64,000 bases of DNA from an uncultured delta proteobacterium (GTDB lineage Bacteria; Desulfobacterota; Binatia; UBA9968): contig CAWFJP010000004.1 of NCBI GenBank assembly GCA_963816145.1, positions 160,001 through 224,000 of the forward strand, in the 5' to 3' direction. The notes under the pieces were generated by a model that was not told where the DNA came from, did not search any database, and worked only from the letters and a program-made list of their open reading frames with translations. Of the stretch, positions 58,123 to 64,000 are shown in pieces (the first letter of the stretch is position 1; each line of letters starts with the position of its first letter). Both the position numbers and the translations under genes were made by a program.

Positions 58123-59965
58123 GAGGGTTCTCCTTTGGTTTCTGCCGAGAGAGCCGTTCGTTGATCTTTTTCGAACTGCGCTAGAACGCCGTCGAACCAA
58201 CGCTTGGCCGGTTCGTCGTAATCGACATCGCAATCGACGCGGGGATAGATACGCGCGGCGCCATGCCGTTCCAGGGCGGCGTCGAAATCGCGGCCGCACT
58301 TGCAGAAGTGGTCGTAGGTCGTGTTGCCGAGCGCGAGCACGGAAAATTTGATGCCGCTCAGGTCGAGGCCGTTGCCGTGCACCAATGCTTGCCAGAAAGG
58401 CGTGGCGTCGTCGGGTGGTTCGCCGTCGCCATAGGTGCTGACCACCATCAGCACGCAGTTTGCCTGCTTCAGTAGGTTTGTCTCACAGCGCGCCATGTCG
58501 CACATTTGTGCCGTGATATTGGCGCGCCGAAGCGCTGTTGCGAGCTTTTTCGCGAGCATTTCGGCGTTGCCGGTGACGGTACCGTAAAGAATGAGCACCG
58601 AATCGTTATTGCCCGGTGCCCCGGTCAGTTCGGCGCTGGCATGGTCGTGACCGTTGTGGGAATGGCCATTGTTGCTGAAATTAGAGTTCGTTTCTTCCAT
58701 CGGGATACTCGCGAGCTCCTCTGCTATTTTATTGTTTTGCGGCAGGGTTTGTATGACTGTTGGAGCGGCTTCCACCGGCGCGATTTGATATTCCACGGTG
58801 CTGGCAACTTCGGCATCGCGTTTACGATAGCGGAAGCGCCGCCAGGCCATGGCGAAGCCGGTCCAAACCAGAAAGCAGCCGCCGAGCGAAGCCAGGCCGG
58901 CGACGGTTTGGCCGGCAAAACCGAGAGCTTCACCGGTGTGGAGGCCGCGCACCCAGGTTCTCAGCTTTCGTCCCGGGCTCGCGGCGCCGTAGGGTTCCCA
59001 TTTGACGACTGCGGCGCTGGCGCGATTGAGCACCAGTTGCGATCGCGCGAAGATATGCGGCGCGGTGGGTTCCTGGATCAAAAGTGTGACCGGGCCATCG
59101 CCGCGCGGCGGCAGGCGCATCGTCATCATGATCCAGCCAGGCGCCTGTTGCTCGGCGCGCGCCAGAAAGGCGTCGAAGCTCGCCAGCGGCTTGCGCGAGC
59201 GCGGCTCTGCGCCGGCGCCGCGCCGCTGCTGGGTTTGCGCCATCGGACCGGAGGGCTGGGCTCGCGGCGGCGGCTCGCTGCCGGTCAAGGTAAAAAGCAG
59301 ATCGTTGGCCCATGGGTACGACATCACCGCGGCGGTGAGCGTAAGCACCACCAGCACACTGGACGACCAGAAACCGATGACGTTATGCCAGTTCCAATCG
59401 CGGGCTTTACCGCGCAGGTGAAGATTGAAAAGGAGGCTGGACTTCAATCCCCGCCAGTGCCAGCTGCGCGGCCACCAGAGATAGACTCCGGTGACGGCAA
59501 GCCAGAAAAAGGCCAGATTGCAGGCGCCGGTGATGGCTCGGGCGGTGGCTCGGCCTTCGCCTTCCGTGCCGAGCCAGCGGTGCCACTCGATGACCTCGTG
59601 AAACCAGTCGTGCAGTTTTGATTCCTCGCCGAGAACCGCACCGGTATAAGGGTTGACATAATTCGCGCCTTCGCGGCCGAAGTCGACGGCCACGGCGGCG
59701 GTCGGTTCGTTGCGCAAGACAATCGCCGGTGACTTGGGCCTTGGGGTTTTGTTCGCGCACGTTGGCTTATCAGTTCATCCAGACTCAGATCGTTGCGCGC
59801 CGGCGCCCGGCGCGCGACCTGTCGCACGTCGCGTTCGGCGTATTCGACCAGCTGGCGCTCGTACATCACCACAAAGCCGGTGGCGGACATGATGAAAATG
59901 ACCACGCCGCCGATGGTGCCGGCGAGCAAATGGGACCAGAAAATAATTTTGTGCATTAACTTCAT
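58110..59965 (-). CDS. PepSY-associated TM protein (PiuB-like) fused to flavodoxin domain; frameshifted near 59720-59810
   Basis: FWSHL.AG...G, YVNPYTG, HRWL, TGVYLWWPR, NWHNVIG, LHTGE; C-terminal LYGTVTGNAE, STYGDGEPPD, LGNTTYDHFC. Confidence 0.8.
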
Positions 59966-59980
59966 GGGTCTTCTCACGTC

Positions 59981-60529
59981 CTAGTTTGTGTTGCCGATCT
60001 TGAGAGACGCAAACTCGGCACGCAGCCAGTCACGCAAGAGATCTTTCTCGTAACGCAGGTAGTCATCGGGGGGATAGACGACGCGCATCTGATAATCGAT
60101 ATCGGTAAGGTCGCGTTTGCCTTCCGCGACCGCCTGCCCGGCCGCATCGACAGCGCGAAACTCGAGCGCGATGCGCGGCGGATAGATGCCTTTGATCACC
60201 CGCACTTGATCGCGCACCGGGCCGCGAAAGAGCTCGAAGTCTCCGGCCAAGTCGACATCGGTGATCCTGATTTCAAGCCGCAGCGGTTCCGGCAGCGCGT
60301 CTGCGCCGGTCTCGACGATGTAGCGTTGCAGCTGCAGCAGTATCGCCGGCGAGTAGCGTTCCGCTTGCGAATAGCGCATGTCGGTAAATTTCTCCGGATC
60401 GACGAAAACAACGGAGACGCGCGCGGTCGCATCGGCGGCAGCAGAGTTCGGAACCTGGGCAGGCAAGCTGCCGAGGAGAATCGTTGCCGCCAAGACGTGG
60501 GTAGAAAATGGGATCTTCATCGTTCTCAC
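59981..60529 (-). CDS. DUF3016 family protein
   Basis: [32 protein letters not shown]. Confidence 0.8.
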   Translation of the reverse strand: MRTMKIPFSTHVLAATILLGSLPAQVPNSAAADATARVSVVFVDPEKFTDMRYSQAERYSPAILLQLQRYIVETGADALPEPLRLEIRITDVDLAGDFELFRGPVRDQVRVIKGIYPPRIALEFRAVDAAGQAVAEGKRDLTDIDYQMRVVYPPDDYLRYEKDLLRDWLRAEFASLKIGNTN

Positions 60530-61206
60530 ACCTCGGCGAAACGGCGCAGCAAGTTGTGATAGCAGTTGGTCAACTCCACCACCGCGCCGTGGTTCGGCAA
60601 CGCCTGGTTCACTTTGTTGATCGCCATGTCGAGATCGAAAAGCAGGGTTCGAGCGGCCTCGTCGCGCACCATGCTCTGGACCCAGAAAAACGACGCGAGG
60701 CGCACGCCGCGGGTCACCGGGTTGACATGGTGCAGGCTGCTCGCCGGGTAGACCACCATGTCGCCGGCGTTGAGTTTTACCGCATGGGCGCCGTAGACGT
60801 CTTCGATGACCAGCTCGCCGCCGTCGTAGTCTTCGGGCGCGCTGAGAAAAAGCGTTGCCGATATGTCGGTGCGAATGCGATAGGGCGTGCCGGGGATTTG
60901 CCGAATCGAATTATCGAGATGAGCGCCGAAGCTTTCGCCGCCTTCGTAGCGGTTGAACAGCGGCGGGAAGACCCGCAGCGGCAACGCCGCGGTGATAAAC
61001 AGCGGGCTGCGCTCCAGCGCCGCCACGACCAGATCGCCAAGCTCCCGCGCCTCCGGACTATTTTCCGGCAATTGACGGTTGTCTTTTACCACGGCTGACT
61101 GATGTCCCGCAGTCACCCGGCCGTCGATCCAGGTCGCGCGATTCATCGATTCGCGGCAGCGCGCGATCTGTTCGGGGTTCAGGACATTGGGAACTTGGAC
61201 GATCAT
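60526..61206 (-). CDS. piuC: PKHD-type Fe(II)/2OG dioxygenase (PiuC/YbiX)
   Basis: [61 protein letters not shown]. Confidence 0.92.
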   Translation of the reverse strand: MIVQVPNVLNPEQIARCRESMNRATWIDGRVTAGHQSAVVKDNRQLPENSPEARELGDLVVAALERSPLFITAALPLRVFPPLFNRYEGGESFGAHLDNSIRQIPGTPYRIRTDISATLFLSAPEDYDGGELVIEDVYGAHAVKLNAGDMVVYPASSLHHVNPVTRGVRLASFFWVQSMVRDEAARTLLFDLDMAINKVNQALPNHGAVVELTNCYHNLLRRFAEV

Positions 61207-61221
61207 TCTTATGCCGACTCC

Positions 61222-63381
61222 TTAGAACTTGAAATTGGCGCTGCCGAGGAACGTCCGTCCGGCAGCCGGGATCGCTTTCGAACCGGAGATGCTATCGAAA
61301 TAAAGCTGGTTGGACAGATTGAGCGCGTTAACCCGGAACTGAATGTTCTTGGTGATCTGGTACGCGACGGTCGAATCCCATCGAATGTAACCCGGGATGC
61401 GATTGGTGTTGGCGTTATTGGAGTATCGGCTGTCGACATAGGAGGGGCCACCGCCGATCTGCCATTTTTCCAGAAAGTCGTAGGTGATCCAAACGTTGGC
61501 GCTGTTCTTCGGCGCGTTTTGGATTTCGTTACCAACAATACTCGGAATGGTATTATCTTTAAGTATCTCGGTATCGAGAAAGGTGTAACCGCTGAAAATG
61601 TTCAAGCCCGGAAGCAGGCGGCCGGTCACCCCGATCTCGAAGCCCTGTGAACGCTGTTTACCGGTCACGACGTTGGGCAGAAGGGGATCGATCGGATTCG
61701 GCGTGCGCGCGTTCTTTTTGTCGATGCGAAAGATTGCGCCCTGGACACTCAAGGCGCCGCCGAAGAAATTCAGTTTGGCGCCGACTTCGAAGATCTCGTT
61801 TTGTTCCGGCGGAGTATTGTTGGTGGCTGGGCTGAGGGCGACGCCTTCGGCGGATGGATTGAACGAGGTGCCGTAAGAAAAATAATAACTTTGCCAATCC
61901 GTCGGGTGAAATACCAAGCCGCCGCGATAACTCCACTCTCTGTCGATTTGTTTTCGCTTGTCGTTAAGGAAATAGTCCTTGACTTGGCTGTCGAAGTAGT
62001 CCCAACGGACACCGCCGACGAGATCGAAATACTCGTTTAGCTTGATTTGATCAGCCGCGTAAATGCCAAAGCTGAACGCGTTGGTATCGGATTCCGCAGC
62101 GCGGGTTCTCGGGTTCGGAGGCTGGTTGTTGTTGGGATTGTTGATGGTTGTGTTGGGACCGGCGCTGGCCCAGCGTATCAAGTCGAAAGTCTCGCGCGCC
62201 AGTTCAATCCCGGTGGTGACCGTGTGTTTGAAACTGTAGGTATAAAACTTCGCCGTGAGGTCCGATTGGTTGCTCAAGATGCTTTCCTGGGTGTCGCGCT
62301 GCGGGCGGCTTCGGTTCAGTGTATTCGGTCTAGGTATTACTGGTATGATGGGATTGGTAACTGCTGATTCTCGGTCAACGTAGCTGTAGCGCAGCGTATT
62401 GCGCAAGTTGAATATGTCGTTGAAGGTGTGATCGAGTTTCAGTGTGCCGATATTCACCGTCGTTTCTTCACGATCATCGTGAGTTAAGCCATACCAGTTG
62501 CTGCGGTCGGTGCGTAACGGCTTGCCGTCCTTGTATGGGAATCCGTAATCAGGAATATTGTCTTCATGTTGCAGCAGGTAGCTCAACGTCACCTGCGTCG
62601 GTGTGCCCAGGCCGAAGGCAATCGACGGCGCTAGACCCAGCCGCTTGACTTCGATCTTGTCCCGCTCCACGACGTCGTCCCTATGTGCCATGAGGTTGAT
62701 ACGGAAGGCGGCGTTGGGAAGCAGTTGAGGGATCGGTTGATTGACATCGATGGTGCCGCGCAGATACATGTTGCCGCCGGCGGTAAAAATGCCGTCGTAG
62801 CTCGGGTCGAGGCGGGGAGTCTTGCTGACCTGATTGATCACACCGCCGGTGGAGCCGCGCCCGAAATAGGTCGAAGACGGTCCCTTCAACACCTCGACGG
62901 AGTCGAAATTGAATGAATCGCGAAAATAAGAGCCGGCGTCGCGCACGCCATCGATATACATATCGTTGCGCGCATTGAACCCGCGTAGCGTAAAAACATC
63001 GCCCTGGGCGCCGCCGCCTTCGCCGGCTGTGGCGGTGATGCCAGGCACGTTGCGCAGGGCATCGCGCAATGTCGTACCGGCCTGTTCCTCGAGGAGTTTT
63101 TCCGGCACGATGGTAATCGATTGCGGGATGTCGATCAGCGGCTCGGGAAACTTCGAGAGCGAGGACTGCGGCACAATGTAGGGACTGCTTTGGTCTTGCA
63201 CCACCACCGGTGGCATGGCGATCGGTTCGTCTGGTTTGGGCTCGGCGGCCGCCGCATGGCTCGCCAGCGCAAAGCTGAAGGCCACTGCCTTGCCCACGCC
63301 TTCGCCGGCGGCGAGACAGATTTTTTGAAATGCCGTCTTATTGGATTTTCTTTCGATCGCGCGTTTTTGTTGTCGAGTCAT
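61222..63381 (-). CDS. TonB-dependent siderophore receptor (Fiu/PiuA-like)
   Basis: DIPQSITIV, LRNVPGIT..AGEGG, RGF, DGVRD, EVLKGPSS..GRGSTGG.IN.VSK; C-terminal Phe. Confidence 0.92.
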   Translation of the reverse strand: MTRQQKRAIERKSNKTAFQKICLAAGEGVGKAVAFSFALASHAAAAEPKPDEPIAMPPVVVQDQSSPYIVPQSSLSKFPEPLIDIPQSITIVPEKLLEEQAGTTLRDALRNVPGITATAGEGGGAQGDVFTLRGFNARNDMYIDGVRDAGSYFRDSFNFDSVEVLKGPSSTYFGRGSTGGVINQVSKTPRLDPSYDGIFTAGGNMYLRGTIDVNQPIPQLLPNAAFRINLMAHRDDVVERDKIEVKRLGLAPSIAFGLGTPTQVTLSYLLQHEDNIPDYGFPYKDGKPLRTDRSNWYGLTHDDREETTVNIGTLKLDHTFNDIFNLRNTLRYSYVDRESAVTNPIIPVIPRPNTLNRSRPQRDTQESILSNQSDLTAKFYTYSFKHTVTTGIELARETFDLIRWASAGPNTTINNPNNNQPPNPRTRAAESDTNAFSFGIYAADQIKLNEYFDLVGGVRWDYFDSQVKDYFLNDKRKQIDREWSYRGGLVFHPTDWQSYYFSYGTSFNPSAEGVALSPATNNTPPEQNEIFEVGAKLNFFGGALSVQGAIFRIDKKNARTPNPIDPLLPNVVTGKQRSQGFEIGVTGRLLPGLNIFSGYTFLDTEILKDNTIPSIVGNEIQNAPKNSANVWITYDFLEKWQIGGGPSYVDSRYSNNANTNRIPGYIRWDSTVAYQITKNIQFRVNALNLSNQLYFDSISGSKAIPAAGRTFLGSANFKF

Positions 63382-63465
63382 CCTATCCTCCGTGAGTTCA
63401 GATTGCTTGATCGGCTGGCTTTCCCTGTCCGGAGAACTGGATGGATGGCTGGCTGGATCGTAAGG

Positions 63466-63657
63466 TTACTTGGTCAATATTAGCTTGCCGTTTTTGGTGA
63501 TGCGCAGGTTGTACTCCTCCTTTTGATGCACGATGACGATCTCGTTGTTGCCTTGAAATAGGTGGGCGCTTTCAACGCGCGGTTTTTTCGCTGCCGGAGC
63601 GAGGATCGACGGCTCGGCTGTCGGTTTGGCGGCGCAATGGACAAGTATTTCTGCCAC
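63466..63657 (-). CDS. hemP: Hemin uptake protein HemP/HmuP
   Basis: S..LF.G..E..I.H..E.Y.LRITKNGKLILTK. Confidence 0.9.
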   Translation of the reverse strand: MAEILVHCAAKPTAEPSILAPAAKKPRVESAHLFQGNNEIVIVHQKEEYNLRITKNGKLILTK

Positions 63658-63665
63658 GGCGTTTC

Positions 63666-64000
63666 CTAGTGCAACTCAAATTTGACCGGTAATAAGACCC
63701 ATACCGAAACCGCTTCTTTGCCCCGGCGTGCCGGTTCGAAGAGCCATTTTTTGACCGCGTCCATAGCGGCGATATCGAGATCGCGAAAACCAGCGGATTG
63801 CTCGACCAAAACTTCGCTCACGCGGCCGGTTTCCAGCACCCGAACCTTTAAAGTCGTCACGCCTTGAGCGCCGGCTCTTTTGGCGGAGTCGGGATAACGC
63901 GGCTTAACTTGGTAGCCGCCGAGGGGTCTGGCCAGACCGGAGAGCGCTTCTCCTGAGCCTGTGCCGCCGCCGGTGCCGTCGCCCTTGGCGCCCCGGCCGA
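63666..64000 (-). CDS. tonB: TonB energy transducer, C-terminal part (5' end outside window)
   Basis: KPRYPDSAKRAGAQG.T.L.V.V...G.V..V....S.G...LD.AA..AV..W.FEPA. Confidence 0.88.
   Translation of the reverse strand, partial: GRGAKGDGTGGGTGSGEALSGLARPLGGYQVKPRYPDSAKRAGAQGVTTLKVRVLETGRVSEVLVEQSAGFRDLDIAAMDAVKKWLFEPARRGKEAVSVWVLLPVKFELH

Overview
Bacterial chromosomal window with moderately high GC. Gene content looks Deltaproteobacteria-like (inference only). About 8 isolated frameshifts in otherwise intact genes suggest long-read or assembly indel errors. Layout: (1) 1-17.9 kb: housekeeping and stress genes. These include an unannotated tRNA-guanine transglycosylase fused in-frame to an MnmD/MnmC-type methyltransferase that runs off the left edge, plus cinA, pepF, tsaC, purD, purH, alr, rubrerythrin-DUF3501-Fur/PerR, dksA, galU and tRNA-Ala(CGC). 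(2) 18-34 kb: surface-glycan locus (GT-C, GT2/GT4, Wzm/Wzt, methyltransferases, radical SAM). (3) 34-46 kb: pilD and two paralogous fimU-pilV-pilW-pilX sets. Between them is a 4.38-kb IS1202/ISNCY-type element (TGT...ACA ends, ~52-bp imperfect IRs, 17-bp target duplication, truncated transposase) carrying tadE-tadE-tadG(vWA) as cargo. (4) 46-50.6 kb: tmk-holB-metG-tatD. (5) 50.7-64 kb: iron/peroxide region. bfr is followed by a ~6-kb block (feoABC, attC-like hairpin, katG, DpsL-like ferritin) bounded by a duplicated bfr 3' end, then a Piu-like TonB uptake operon. The two strongest leads are the TGT-methyltransferase fusion (a possible new wobble modification) and the IS-derived element carrying a pilus-tip cassette.
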